NCBI RefSeq assembly: GCF_009914755.1
Contig: NC_060939.1
DNA length: 64,000 bases
From: the human T2T-CHM13v2.0 reference genome, Homo sapiens
Direction: 5' to 3' (one strand)
Of the stretch, positions 39,913-57,545 are shown in pieces (the stretch's first letter is position 1; the number at the start of each line of letters is the position of its first letter). The notes under the pieces were generated by a model that saw nothing but the letters and a program-made list of their open reading frames with translations, was not told the origin of the DNA and searched no databases. The position numbers and the translations under genes were made by a program.

Positions 39913-40061
39913 GGAATGAAGACATTGCAATATTCCTGCTTCGGCATGGGGCCTATTTCTGTTCCTACATCTTGCTGGATAGTCCTGACCCCAGCAAACA
40001 TCTGCTGAGAAAGTACTTCATTGAAGCCAGTCCCTTGCCCAGCAGTTATCCGGGAAAAACA
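39913..40061 (+). CDS. LRRK1: LRRK1 coding exon (probably exon 6; 149 nt, phase 1-0): (G)[49 protein letters not shown]
   Basis: Acceptor ttttgttcctttag|GG and donor ACA|gtgagt. Completes the ankyrin repeat [18 protein letters not shown]. Not in the ORF track; found by splicing. Confidence 0.96.
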
Positions 40062-40086
40062 GTGAGTAGTCACTGCCTGTGGAGTG

Positions 40087-40454
40087 TGTTTTAGTTCCTT
40101 TTGTGCTGCTGTAACAGAATCCTGCAGACTGGGTAATTTATAATAAACAGAAATATATTTGGCTTACAGGTCTGGAGATTGAGAAGTCCAAGAGCATAGT
40201 GCTGGTATCTGGTGAGGGCCTTCATGCAGTGATATGAAGGTGGAGGGCAAGAGACCAACAGACTGAGAGAGGGAAGAACTCACTTTTATAACAACCCACC
40301 CTCAAAATAACAAACCCACTTCCACAATAACAACATCAATCCATTTATGAGGGTGGGGCCTTCTTGGCCTAATCACCTCTTAATGGTCCCATCCTTATCA
40401 CAACAGCAATTACATTTCATCATGAGTTTTGAAGGGGACATTCAAGCTATAGCA
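40087..40454 (-). mobile_element. MaLR solo LTR (MST family), 25 nt downstream of an exon donor
   Basis: tgttttagttcc...agactgggtaatttataa...gaaggggacattcaagctatagca; TSD gagtg/gggtg. Confidence 0.88.
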
Positions 40455-40599
40455 GGGTGGGAGCTGAAATCTGGGCTTCATCCCCCTCCCAAAGTTTTTG
40501 TTTTTGTTTCTGGTTTTTTTTGGTTGTTTTTTTTCTCTTTTCCTTTTTTCAAAAATTGGTTAAATATATCATATTTAACATATTTCTTTTTTAAATTTT

Positions 40600-44480
<3,881 letters not shown>

Positions 44481-44574
44481 TTTCCTTTTTACCCTTCCCT
44501 TATTCCTGCTGGTTTCCTAGTTTCTAAAGAATACTGATATTCTACTTTCTGTATATTTCTACCTATCTGTTCCT

Positions 44575-44945
44575 TGGTTGGTTTTCTCAGTTATAAAACA
44601 GGGATAACAATGCCCTTCACAGGGCAGCTGTGCACTTAGCACAGGCCCTGGCACATAATAAGTGCTCAATAAATATTAGTTATATTGCTATTAGCCGCAC
44701 ATCACCAAAAGAAATGATGATCATCTAACCCTTACATCTATGTAGTGCTTGTTACTTTTCCAAGCACTTTCTTAACTAATTTGGTCCTTATAACACCTCG
44801 GTAAGAACTGCAGGGAATAGCATCTGTTTTACATATGAAATTATTGGGGTATAAAGACATTACGTTATTTGTCCAAGGATGACAAATACTAAACAGTATT
44901 GATGCTTAGACTCCCGAACACAGTTCCTGAACTGTACCGCCTAGG
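44575..44945. mobile_element. Two MIR fragments in opposite orientation
   Basis: gcacttagcacaggccctggcacataataagtgctcaataaatattag (+), then ccaagcactt...cttataacacc...ctgttttacatatgaa (-). Confidence 0.65.
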
Positions 44946-44959
44946 TTTCACATAGACGA

Positions 44960-45125
44960 ATGATTCTCTGCACATCATAATCCCTGGGAACTTTTTAAAA
45001 TCCTGATGCTCAGACCACATCTTACACTGATTAAATCTGAATCTGTAGCGTGAGACCCGGCATGAGGAGTTTTAGAAATTCTCCAGGTGATTCCAATGTG
45101 CACCCAAGGTCAAGAGCCAGTGGCT
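44960..45125. mobile_element. MER5A (hAT-Charlie)
   Basis: ctgcacatcataatccctggga...aaatctgaatct...ctccaggtgattccaatgtgcacccaaggtcaagagccagtg. Confidence 0.8.
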
Positions 45126-48100
45126 CCGATTTTCTTGGTGTAAGGGTAAAAGCAGAAACAGCTGTTATCTTCTACCTGTGATCTTTTCTGTGAGGCAACT
45201 CTTCTTACACATGCCAAGGTTGGCATAGAGCATGGAGGAAGCGATTACTGCATTTTGTGAATGAAAAGACAAGGAAAAGGCAATGGTGCTTTTCCTCTAA
45301 CTGGCTCTGTTGCGTGGAATCAGAAGAGGAAATGAAATTTCAGCGCAACCTGAGTCTCAAGGGCTCCTTGAGCTTCCCCAAAGCAGGTGGTATTTTTAGC
45401 ATTCAAGTGAATTTCAGAGGCAAGTACCTTGGAGTGGGTGTGCCTGGCTGCCCCGTCATCTCTAACCTGCAACAGCACATTCCTTCGGTGCTGCTGGCAG
45501 AAGAGAACAGAGAGGGGTCCGGGCAGAGGGTTCCGGCAGTCAGGAAGGATGACTCAGGAGCCAGAGGTAAGTGCTCCTACCTTCCCAGGTATCCAGTGGG
45601 ATTAAAGTGACAGTTTGGGTTGGTTCAGAATATTACACAAGGGTAGGTATTAAAAGGGTGCTTCACTGACATGACACATGGTCTGAAAAGGCCTTTGGCA
45701 CTGCTGGCACTCATGGCTGTGACCTTGTTGAAGTAACGGTCCCTTCAGGGCATGTGTGACGGAGGTTGTTGCTCCAGCCCTGGTACAACAAGCAGTCACG
45801 GGCCACGCGATGATGTCTTAGGGAGATCATGCATGTGCCATCGTGTTTTTTGTGTGGTTGAGCTCTGCCTGACACACCAGCTGGTCAGTATTTTTTAATG
45901 TAATTGCTGCGTGTGTGGAAGCCACAGCCGACCCAGGTACAGCAGCCCCTCTGCATGTTTCTGGGCCAAGCATAGCCCGAATCCACCTCTGCCCGCAAAG
46001 GGAGAAAGTACAGAGAAACCCACATTTGTTTTCCATTGGCAGTGGCTGGCTGCTTGGGTTTTGCTGGTGTTTGGATGAAGAAGGTTCCAGAGGCCACACT
46101 GTATGGTCTGGACTGCTGGGACACACTCTCTAAGAAACAAAAGTGAAGTAAAGTCAGACCTGGCCATGCTGTTTGCCTGGCTGGGCAGTGCTCCTCTTAA
46201 AGCTGCTAAAGTTTTGCCTGAACATCTAATGAGACGGCCCGCGTTCGTGGTGAACATCGGGTCAATGTTTAGCTGCGTTGCCATGAGAAATAGCTTAATG
46301 CTTTGATGTTGTCACACCCAGAAAGGAACAAGAAAACTCAGAAATGCCAGGAAAAGCCTAATCAGATCCCAGAATAACCACGATGTTCGCTCCTGTTCAG
46401 CAGTTAGAGGGCCAGGCTGAGGGCTCACTGGGGCTGTTTTAAGTGTGGAAGTAGAGCAGACCTGAAATTAACTTTCAAACAACCCAATGGGGAAATTATT
46501 AATTTCCTTTTAAAAGTCTCTAATGATTTCAAATCTGGCAGCTAACCTAAAGAGAGAGGGACATCTATTATTACTGTTTGGATCAGTTCCGGCATATGTA
46601 GCTTTCAAGTTCCTGGTGCCCCACCCTTCATGTCTGTGTGTCAGTGCCCTGAGCGCAAGCAGCCCAGCTGCACATCCTCAGGGTTAAGGCAGGCGTTTTA
46701 CTGGGGCCATGCAAGCTGCTGCTGGAGGCAGCTGAGCCAGGGCTGCGTGCTCATGAGAGTGCCTGATGGCTGGGGGCTGGTGGCCTTTCCTGAGGGACAC
46801 CTGAGGCCTCTGGGGAACAACCCTGTCTTAGATAGGACCTCACATTTGGTGCAGAGGGTGTCACTCCAGAGTTTCGTGCATTGCAGAGCACTTCCGCACA
46901 CATCACCACCGCCCTGGCGCCACATACCCTCTTCTCAGCAGGCGGTGCTGCTGTAGGAGCCGACGTGGGCACTGGCATTCCCAGAATTCAGCCTGGCCCA
47001 GCAAGGCCCCCATGGTGACAGCCAGGGCTGGGGCATGGACCCTGACTCCTCTTGGCCTGGCCTGTTCCACAGTCGCTCGTGTGAACAGAAGAGGAGGCCC
47101 TTTTCCTACCCTCTGAGGGTCATGAAGTAAACCCTGGACTGTTCCCAGCATCCTTCCACCAGTTCCACTATTCTTGTGTCCTGGTGAGCAGTTCAGTCCA
47201 TTGTCCCACACATGCCCATTTTCTCCAGGTTCCAAATACTGAAGCTTTCCCTGTCCTCTTCCTCTGCCCATATGTTTTCCCTGTGGAATAGGAGACAAAT
47301 GTGATGCTATCCATGTGCATGTTAGTGCTTCATAGAACTCGAAAATGGGTAGCCAGGGTCACGTGGCAGAATAAGTGAAGGGGAACAGCGCGTGGCTTCT
47401 CAGTCCAGTGTTCATGTCGTCCTGCTGGATTTTAAGACATCCGACAAAGCAGTGAGCATGTCAGTCACTTGTATTTAGTTAACGACAGAGAAAAATTATT
47501 AAGCTAGACAGGCAGAAACAGAAAAACTATTATTTGAACTTCAGTGACAAACTAGAAGACGTAATGAGAAAAGAATAAGAAAGAGAATAAGAGTAAGAAA
47601 CATTAGCCAAGGCTGTGAGAACTGTTGGAGTTCAGCACAGAGATTTAGATTCATTATGATACAAATGGATTCTAGACAAGTTAGCGTTAAGCTTTGAAAA
47701 CTCATCAGAATATGCATATCTATAGATATGATTATTAATATAATCATATCTATAGATCTTATATCTATAGAGACATATATATATTTAAAAGCATGTTTAT
47801 CCCAGTTATAAGAGGGAGATGACTGCCTTTCAATTTCTAAACATATATGAAGATATATGATCAGAAATAACATGAACATTAAAGCAAAATTATTTATACT
47901 AAAACATAATTTTAAAAAGAAAAGACATGGAAAATATTTCGGAAAAAATAACTGACAAACACTTAAATCCAAGGTAGATCATTGGTGCAACTCCATGTCA
48001 GCTGATGATCGAATTTAATTTAGCCAAAGTTTATCGATCTCCTGCCAGATGCTTGGGACCCAGCAGTGATGGCCAGACCTTTGCCCTGGCTGTCACAGTG

Positions 48101-48562
48101 CTCACAGATTCCAGCAAGTAAAAATTTGAGAGAATGAACAGTTAATTTACATATAAGAAAACACTGGCAGTAAATCATGGCATGGAAACATACACAACAT
48201 CACTGGCAATTACAGAAATTCAAATTCAAACAGCTTGCAAGTACTGTCACACACCTATTAAACTAGCAAAAATAAATATACACAATGAGTAAGACATTTG
48301 GCAGAGCACAGAGCAACGGACACACCAGGGTCTTGCTGCTGGCACTGTGAATTGGTTCCATATGTGTGGAAAGTAATTGGCATCATGTGGCAAAAGCTAT
48401 AAACCTCTTTTCTCCCAGTGAACTGTTCTGAATTCAATATTTCCTTTCTGAAGAATACCTCTAGGACAGAATTCAAATGAAATCAATAGTGATGGCCACA
48501 AACATGGCCACAGCACTGCTGTTTATGATAAGAAGACATGGGGGAAAGAAACCAACATGTCT

Positions 48563-48860
48563 GCTGGGTGCGGTGGCTCACGCCTATAATCCCAGCACAT
48601 TGGGAGGCCAAGGTGGTGGATCATCTGAGGTTAGGAGTTCGAGACCAGCCTGGCCAACATGGTGAAACCCCCCCGTCTCTACTAAAAATACAAACATGAG
48701 TTGGGTGTGGTGGTGCATGCCTATAATCCCAGCTACTGTGGGGCTGAGACAGGAGAATCGCTTGAAACTGGGAGGCAAGGTTGCAGTGAGCCGAGATAGT
48801 GCCATTGCACTTCAGCCTGGACGACAGAACAAGACTCTGTCTCAAAAAAAAAAAAAAAAA
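48563..48860 (+). mobile_element. AluS
   Basis: Full dimer with a poly-A tail. Confidence 0.92.
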
Positions 48861-49019
48861 GAAAGGAAGCCAAAATATCTGGTGGCAGGGAAAGACTATA
48901 CCATCCATGCTGTACCAGCAAGCAGACCACGCCTAGCCAGGAAAAAGCGAGCCTGCCTCCTCAGCACTCAGCACTCAGCACACTGCTCCTCCTCGACCCA
49001 GGACACCCTGCAGATCCCC

Positions 49020-49290
49020 ACACAATATCCTCAGGAAAGACTTCCTTAACCCTCAGGCCTGGTCACTTGCCCCCACCCCAACCTTCTATGTCTCAGAGCT
49101 CCCTGTCAGTTTTATTCAAAGCACTAAACAAAGTTTGGGTTATTTGTTTGGGTGACATTCTTCTTTAATCAATTTCTCCACATGACTAGAAGCTTCCTCA
49201 AAGCAGAAACCTTGGCCAATTTTGCTCACCCTGTGTTTGCCCCTCCGTATAGGACTTGGAACACGATAGATAGGTGGGTAGGTAGAAAAT
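49020..49290 (+). mobile_element. L2 3' fragment
   Basis: tcctcaggaaagacttcct...gactagaagcttcctcaaagcagaaac...ttgctcacc...ggaacacgatagatagg. Confidence 0.65.
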
Positions 49291-49598
49291 GGATGGGTGG
49301 GTGGGTGGGTGTGTGGATGGATGGATAGATGGATAGTTGCTTGGATAGATAGATGGGTCAGTGGATGGTTGCATGGATGGATAGGAGGATGATAGATGGA
49401 TGAATGGATAGAAGGATGGATAGATAGATGGGTGGGTAGACAGGTGGGTTGATGGTTACATGGTTGCATGGATGGATGGATGAATGGATGGATAGATAGA
49501 TGGGTGGGTAGATGGGTGGGTGGATGATTGCATGGTTGCATGGATGAACAGGTGGGTGGGTGGATAGATGGATGGATGAATGAATGGGTGGATGGTTG
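49265..49598. repeat. (TGGA/TGGG/TAGA)n simple repeat with higher-order duplication, grown from the L2 tail
   Basis: ggatggatagatagatgggtgggtaga and catggttgcatggatg each recur. Confidence 0.92.
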
Positions 49599-51102
49599 AA
49601 ATTTTTGTATGCAGTAACCTCCTTTCTGTTTACGTAGGGCCTCATAGCTTTAAAAAAGTACTTTGCCAAACATTGTATTTTAATCTCTTATACAGCCTGT
49701 GAGGTGGAAGTTTTGTCTTTATTTACAAGTTGAGAAAACTGAGGGTTCTCTCGAAAGCAAGTTAAGTAGCTTAGTTAACTGCAGACACCATATTTTTATT
49801 TCTTGCATTTTTTTCCCTCTTTCAAATAGCTATTGGCAAAATTCCTAAGCTGGAACTAGTGACAGGAGATTTCTTGTAAGTTTCCTATTTTTAAAAGAAA
49901 TGACTGAAATATTACAGAAAAAAGTACAATGTTGCTTTTTGTTTTAAAAACCTCTCTACCTGTTTTTTAAGAATTTTAGCAAAGAAAAAGTGATGAATTT
50001 TACTAAACACATCTTTTGGCATTCACTTGCTTAAAAGAGAAGCTCAGTTTCCCTTTCTCTGATAGGGTGTGCTGTGCTCCTCCCTAAATTACTGTCACGC
50101 CCTTGTCTTTGTTCAGACCCTACCTGGCCAGAGAACTTAACTCTCTGAGTTTAGTTGTAGCTGATTAAATATTTTGTTGCAGTTTTGTATCCATGTGCGT
50201 ACATGTAATTGGGCTGGAATTTTAATGGCCCTTGCAAAGTAACTGGTTTTGACTCATAAAATGAAATGAGTCCTGTATTAAGGAACCACTTACATAACAT
50301 AGGAACTATTTGTTATTTGAAATATTTGACTGGGAAAAAATTATATTGAATTAGGAGACTTGGGGAGCTGATTCTTTATTTTCCTTGTTTGTTTCATACA
50401 ATGTTTGTTTTTTCTCTGATCGTGTCACTGATGATTTTTATTTTGGTAAGTAAATCTGACATTTCTACTTCCAGATTGTTTGCCTAGAGTCTGGACTTGT
50501 AGCCACAGATTGTTACAACGACTGTTTAGTACAGATTGTTACATGTTGACTGTTTAATATATGATCAGAAGTGTATCTTGTAAGCTATTTTTGTGCTTAG
50601 GTTTCTCATTTATCTGGTTTCAACGGTAATATTTCCTTTCTTTGTTTAAACATATTGGCAGCCAACCACTAATTCTGATATTTACAATATTTTTTAACAG
50701 ACATGCTATTGTCAAAACTGACTTCATTGTTTTATCTCATTCAGTCTTTTATTTAAGTGGGTAAACCCCTCTAAGATTAGAAGGAAACTGTCCCCCATTT
50801 TCTTGTCTCTCCTTTCCCTACTCCCTGTGGTGGTTATTCTCAAGTCCTTTCTGAAATTCTCCATTTACATCATAGAGTCCTCACAGGCTTTCCCCAAATT
50901 TAATAGCTGATTTTTCTGTCATTGTCATTACCTTTTAAAATTACATTTCTAATCTACTTAGCAGGAATGCTTTTGGCTTTCTAAGAGTCTGTTCCTTGCC
51001 TTTCCTTTTGTTATCTGTGTGATCGTGACCATAATCTGTGTCAATGGAATGTTCCCAGCTCTCTGGTCCCAACCTCCCCTCTCTTCCCTTGACTCATTAC
51101 CA

Positions 51103-51552
51103 TCTGAATTCTTAGAACTGCTGTAACAAAGCACCCAAAACTGGGTGGCTTAACACAACAGAAATGTATTCTCTCACGGTCCTGGAGGTCAGCAGTCCAC
51201 GGTCAAGGTGTTGGAAGGGTCGGCTTCTCCTGGAAGCCCTGAGGGAGGGTCTTTCCCTGCCCCTTCCAGCTGCTGGGGACTGCTGGTGGTCCCCAACACT
51301 TCTCGGCTTGTGGCCACATCTCCCCCGTCATCTGCTGTCTTCTCCCTGTGTCTTCACATCGTCTTCCTGTTGTCTGCCTCTGTTCACGTTTCTCCTTTTT
51401 CATAAGAACACCAGTCATGTTGGATGATGGCCCCCACAATAACCTCATTTTGGCTAGATGACCTCTGTTTTTAATTAAAGTCACATTCCGCAGTACGGGG
51501 CGTTAGGACTTCAGCATATCTTTTTGGAGGGACACACTGCAACCCGTCACAC
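51103..51552 (-). mobile_element. MLT1-family MaLR LTR
   Basis: gctgtaacaaagcacccaaaactgggtggcttaacacaacagaaatgtattctctcac...ttaggacttcagcatatctttttggagggacac. Confidence 0.88.
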
Positions 51553-53385
51553 CATCCTTGCTGCCTTCACTTCATTGCCCTTGGCCTGGATCCACCTGCC
51601 ATGGGCCACCTTAGATGCCAGGTAGACGGCCAGTCAAGGTACAGTGTCCTCATCCTCCCGTTTTCAATGCCTCCTTTCTCCTTAAGAGCTTGTCTCTACC
51701 AGAGTGCAGGAACTTGAGAAGTAGGTGTTTAGAAAACCCACAATGAATATTCCTCCTGGGAGCAGAGATGAGGCACAGTTTGTTTGGTTCTGTTGTGGCC
51801 TTTACATGCACAAGGATGCTGGGACAGAGCTGCTGTCTGTGGTGTTTCCAGTTCTCTGTCACTGAATCCCTGTCACTCAGGGCCCCGTCTGATGGTCTGA
51901 GTTCCCAGAGTTCTCTGGGAACCTGTAGCCTTGAAATTTACCTTCAGCTTGTGGGCGTCGGTGCACAGACGCTCTCTGCAGCCATCGTCTCATCTCTACT
52001 ATAATCACTGGCGTCATGCAGATAACCTGGGATGAGCCTTCAGATGCCATTTCTGGGCCTGCTGCTCTGAGCATCTTTGTTTTCAGGGCTTCTTTTGGCA
52101 TTTTCTCCAGGCCTTTGAGTGAGTCTCCCCATTTTAGATTAGGTTCATTGATTTTGCAGCTTCTTTGGCTGTTCAGTTGTTCTTATTGTTACTTCTGCGT
52201 ATCAGAATGTGGCTCTTGTCTTACTAGCTGGTTCAACAAGGAGGAGGCACCGTCCCAGGAATCTTTGCTTAACTGCAGAAAGAAAGACTTGGGGTTTGTA
52301 TGGGCCAAGAATTGACAAGTTCAAGAACTTTCTGTGTATTTCCCCCCATTGTAACGTGTGTCTTCATTGAATAGATACCTATTAACTGCTTTTACTGTGG
52401 TGTGCCCTTTTGTCACTGAGCTATAGTCTGTGCTCTGAAGGGATCTACGGTTTCTAGGGGGGAAGATTCTTACTCATGAGCCATAAGCAAAATACTGACC
52501 AACTGACAGGAACAAGGAGCTGCAGACACAGGAAGAGCTATGAATTCTGCTGTGGGGTCAGTGAGACCTAGCAAGGAGCTAACATTACAACGTCACTCCG
52601 GCAAGGCTGCTCTTGACCCCACAGAATCGTACAGAGGAACACCTGTGTGCATATGTCACAGGGGCCAGGAATCGTTTTCGGAGTCTGCCCTGGGCTGGGG
52701 TGCCAGCCACATCTGCTGAGGTTCAAACCAGGCTAAAAGCTTTGTAGATGCCAGCTCTTCATTGAACAATTTTTTTCTTCAACTAATAGGTTTGCACTGA
52801 TATAAAAACATAAGAGATGTCATTGTGGGGCAATGCCTCATTCACTGTGACAATTTTATGGCTAACATCTCCAAGAAGCATCATGTGAAGGTGTCTAGCA
52901 CCCTCCTGAACAGCAGCCTCCATCACCAGATGAGGAGATCTTTCTTATACATCAGTCTCTAATGAAGCAGTTGCCCTTAAATACACCTAATCCTTCTTGA
53001 AAGCAATCCAAGTCACCACCACTGCCGTGGAAAACAAGTTTCTGAAATCATTGCACTGAGCCTTCTCGAGAAAGTGGTACTTCCTTTTACTTGGACTGAA
53101 ATTTAAAGGGCTCATGCTTGAAAAACCAACATGAACACATTCTCCACCTGTTTGTGATAGGGTGGGTGGAGCTTAACCACTGCTGTGTTGAATTGATGGC
53201 TTCTCCTTAACCAGCTGTCTTTGATTTTGTAGTTTAGCCTTCATGGATAGGATTATATAATTGCTGGCTTTGCTCTCTCGGAATCTTGTTTATTGTGATT
53301 CTGCCTGGACTAGACACAAATAAATAATGAGGGCTAATGAGGGCTTCAGGGCTGGAAGAGTTAGGTTTTAATGTCAAGTGCATGA

Positions 53386-53725
<340 letters not shown>

Positions 53726-54081
53726 TAGTTTCTCTCTGCCACTTTGTAGACACCTGGGCACCCTGTAATGTCTGTGCTTGAACAAGAAAATAACTTTTGT
53801 AAATCAGTTTTCAGACTAGCCCCAGACCAGGTAGAAATTGCACAGGTTTTTCAACCTCCATCCAGCCCAGAAACCATTTCCAAGCATGTCTATTTTCCGA
53901 GTGTCAACATTTTTGCAGACTTCTGCTTTTTACCACTTCCCTCCCAGCTTGAGTTTATCAGATGTCAGTCCTGCAGAAGCACAGTGGGTATGTGCCTACA
54001 GAGAGCTCTGGGAACAGGCAACATCTGCTTTCTCCAAGAGGAGAAAGGAGGTCCACTCTAAGGGTGTATGCAAAGACCCTC

Positions 54082-54460
54082 TGTAATATTCTCTTTTTAC
54101 ACTGCTGATAAAAACATACTTGAGACTGGGTAATTTATAAAGAAAAAGAGGTTTAATGGACTCACAGTTCCACATGGCTGGGGAGGCCTCACAATCATGG
54201 CAGAAGGTGAAAGACACGTCTTACATGGCAGCAGGCAAGAGAGAGAATGAGAGACAAGTGAAAGGGGCTTCCCCTTATAAAACCATCAGATCTCATGAGA
54301 CTTGTTCACTATCATGAGAACAGTATGGGGGAAACCGCCCCATGATTTAATTATCTTCCACCAGGTGCCTCCCACAACACATAGGAATTATGGGAGCTAC
54401 CCGTAATTCTCTATCTCCTTCAGGATGAGATTTGGGTGGGGACACAGCCAAACCATATCA
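54082..54460 (-). mobile_element. THE1 solo LTR (THE1B-like)
   Basis: gagactgggtaatttataaagaaaaagaggtttaatggactcacagttccacatggctggggaggcctc...ggggacacagccaaaccatatca; perfect 5-bp TSD ccctc. Confidence 0.93.
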
Positions 54461-56164
54461 CCCTCTTAGCTCCAGGCCCAGCCCACCTTGTACTTCCCAT
54501 GTTGTCCTCCCATCTTGGCCCCTTTGGTCACCATGGTAACCCACATTCCAGTAGGGAGGCGGGGGAGGTCTGCAGCCCCAGAGCACCCCAGCAGCCCCTT
54601 GAGCACATGGGCCAGTCAGTTACCAACAGCACGGCTACACCCTTGTGGTCCCCAAAACCCTTCCTACAAATGTCAGTGTTGGGCCTACTTGTGAGCCCTG
54701 CAGTTGATTTATGAACAAGCAGTTTCTGCACTTTGATTGGCAGCTTTTCCTTGGCCTCGAATTCCCCTGCCCTGGGAGTGTGCCCCTTCCCCTAATTTCT
54801 TTTACCCAGAATAAATTAACCCCACAAATCACTGCCAGTAGGAAGGCAAAGGGCATCGCTATAGATCAGAGGCTGCTCTGGGTGGGCAGGGAGAAGCTAT
54901 GAAAGAGGCAGGAAGACATAAAGTTGGAAAAGTGGGTTGGAGCCAACTGGGGGGCTGTCAGGCTGCAAAGGAGGGACTTTGGATGTTCTGCTAAAGGCGG
55001 AGTGGGCTAGGGAAAGCTGAAAGGTCTTGCGCAGACTTTGATATTTCAGGATGATTGATCTGGTAAGAAGTGCACAGAGTGGATAGCTTGCAGGTCTTGG
55101 TGGCTTGAATCTCTTCAGCTCACAAACACTGATTTAGTGTCTGCTGCATAGTGGGTATGAGGTTGAGCTGCAGAGGCAGCCAGGCAGGGCTCTGCACTGT
55201 GGGGTGTGCAGTCCGGGTTCCGGTTGGCCATGCTGTCTGCCACAGCAAAAGAAATGTGGGCTGAGTCAGTGCCACACAGATCAGTGGAGAGGTTAATACA
55301 AAGTGTCTCAAGCTGAACAGAGCCCAAAAAAGTGCTCACCTCCACTGCGGCTTGCCCAGAGTCCACGTGGAGTTAGTTAAGCAGCCTGAGGCTGAGCCCC
55401 TGCTCCTTCTGCAGTTCAGGGCTCCAGCCCCAGCTCAGGGGATGTGGAGGAGGTGCTGAGAGGGAGGCTGCCATTGTAAGGACAGCCACACCTAAGCCCT
55501 TCCCCAAGGTATTTGTACCATAATTGGGTCATGTTACAGTAATAATTTGATTACTTGCTGTTGTTTTGTTTATTTTATGATGGTCCCCAGAGTTTTATTT
55601 AAAGATTTTCAATAGAGACTTAAGATTTGTTGTCAAAGCCAAAACCATAACCAGCCTCCCCTGCATCTTGCATTTGGCTGCCATTTCAGTTTGGGTACCA
55701 ACCATTCCATACGGAAAGACCATAATGGCCACGCAGAGTGAGTGGAGAGGGTTGGATTGCAATCTGGACACCTTGATTCCATGTTCAGCTGTCTGGCCCT
55801 TGCCCCTGAGACCTGGGTGTGTCTCTGTGAATCCAGGAAGGAGAGGCAGACAGGCCCTGTGGAGCCTTTTTTGACTTGGCATTGCAAAGTCCACATGGTG
55901 ACCTTCCTGTCAGCCTGTTGCTGGGCTGACTGTCATGCTTATCCAAAGACTCCTACCCAAAGGCCACTGTACTTTGCAAGACGACCACCGGAAACAATAT
56001 TGGGACGAGAACTGACCTAGGCATCATCTGATCCAAGCCACTTATTTAACAGATTAAAAACAATGATAATGGAATGAAGAGTGATACAGTCGTGAATTGT
56101 GGATTATGGAAAGATGAGGGAAAAAAACCCCTTTGCTGCATTGAATTGGAGGCATCAGAACACA

Positions 56165-57545
56165 CTCATGTTAAATACAGAGCTGTGTCCCATCAATGGG
56201 CTGAAAAGCAGTGACACCCCAGCGGTGATGAGCACACCTCACACCCAGATCTTGGTTTCTAAATACCAATTTTTGCTCAAGGGAATCAAGGCCTGGGCTT
56301 AGAAAGTACAAGAGGAGACTGGAAGATCTTGTTTTGCCGGGAAGTAAGGAGGCGTCCCAAAATTGACAGCGATATGTCACAGGAACACAGGGGGCTCTCT
56401 CCCACCCCAGTGGGGCTCCCCCTGGACAAATTGGGGATGACTTGGGTGTCAAAAAAATAATGATACTTGGGAAAAAAAAAGAATCCATGAGTCCATAGTG
56501 ATACTTAAACAGGTGAGGAGGCAATGCTTTTCTATACAGAAGAATGCCAGGTAATACATGTAGAAAGAAAGGTAGCTTTAGCAAAACTTTCTCATTGCAA
56601 CCACCGTTGTACTAATTGATTCAGGCCAGGATCAGCAACGGAGGCTAAACCCATGGGGCAAAAGGATGCAGAAACACAGAATTGTCACATAGTCTCAGAA
56701 TATCACCCCATAGATTGTGTACTAATCGCAAAGGGTATAATGTTAACCTTTACAAAGGAGGGACTGATAGACACCACCTTAACCATGAGACCAAACAGGG
56801 CACCACCTGTAGCAGGAACACCTAATATCAGGTGCCCCGGGTGGGGTTTAGTGGGAACCACTCAACTAGACTCTAAGGTTGTTGCCCAAAATAGCTAACT
56901 TTAATCTAAACTTTAGGAAAAACTTGAGTAAATTCAGATTATGGGATATTCTATAAGACAAGCAGTGAAACACACCAGCATCTGCCCCCGATGAAGAGGC
57001 TAAAAGTTGCAGGACTTAATGCAACGACAATGTGATAAAAAAAAAAAAAAGAAAAGGCATTAAAAGGTGTGAAGACTCTTCCAGATGAAAGAAAAGTAAA
57101 GAAACATACAGTGTAATGCAGTGTGTGATTGCAATGTCATGCAATTGTCATGGGATCCCAGATCAGGACACAAAATAGTTATAAACCACATTTCTGGGAT
57201 AATTGAGAATATTCTAACATGGGCTGTGAACTTAATAATATCGTATTGATGTTACACTTACTGAAAATGATAATTATACGGCTGTTGTGTAGAAAAATAT
57301 TATTGTTCTTCAGGGATACATGCTGAAGTATTTACGGGTGAAGCATCACGATGTATAATTTACTGGCAAATGATTCATCAAAACATAAAAAGCGTGTGTA
57401 TTTGTGTGGAGAAAGAGGGGCAAAAGCCTATGTGACAGCGTTTTAACAATCAGTGAGTCGAGGTGGAGAGTGCACAGGTATTCACTGTGTCCTAGTGCAA
57501 CTTTTCTGAAATTTAAAAAATTTTTCAAAATTAAAATGTGGGGAG
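56165..57545 (+). mobile_element. L1MC4-like 3'UTR
   Basis: aaagcagtgacacccc...gagcacacct...cccagatcttggtttctaaatacca ... gcaacttttctgaaatttaaaaaatttttcaaaattaaa. Confidence 0.8.

Noticed and set aside
45418-45572. Perfect donor GAG|gtaagt at 45566/45567 suggesting a cryptic exon
   Set aside because: No convincing upstream polypyrimidine tract or acceptor; isolated donors are frequent by chance.
49140-49669. His/Pro/Ile-rich ORFs
   Set aside because: Translations of the (TGGA)n repeat.
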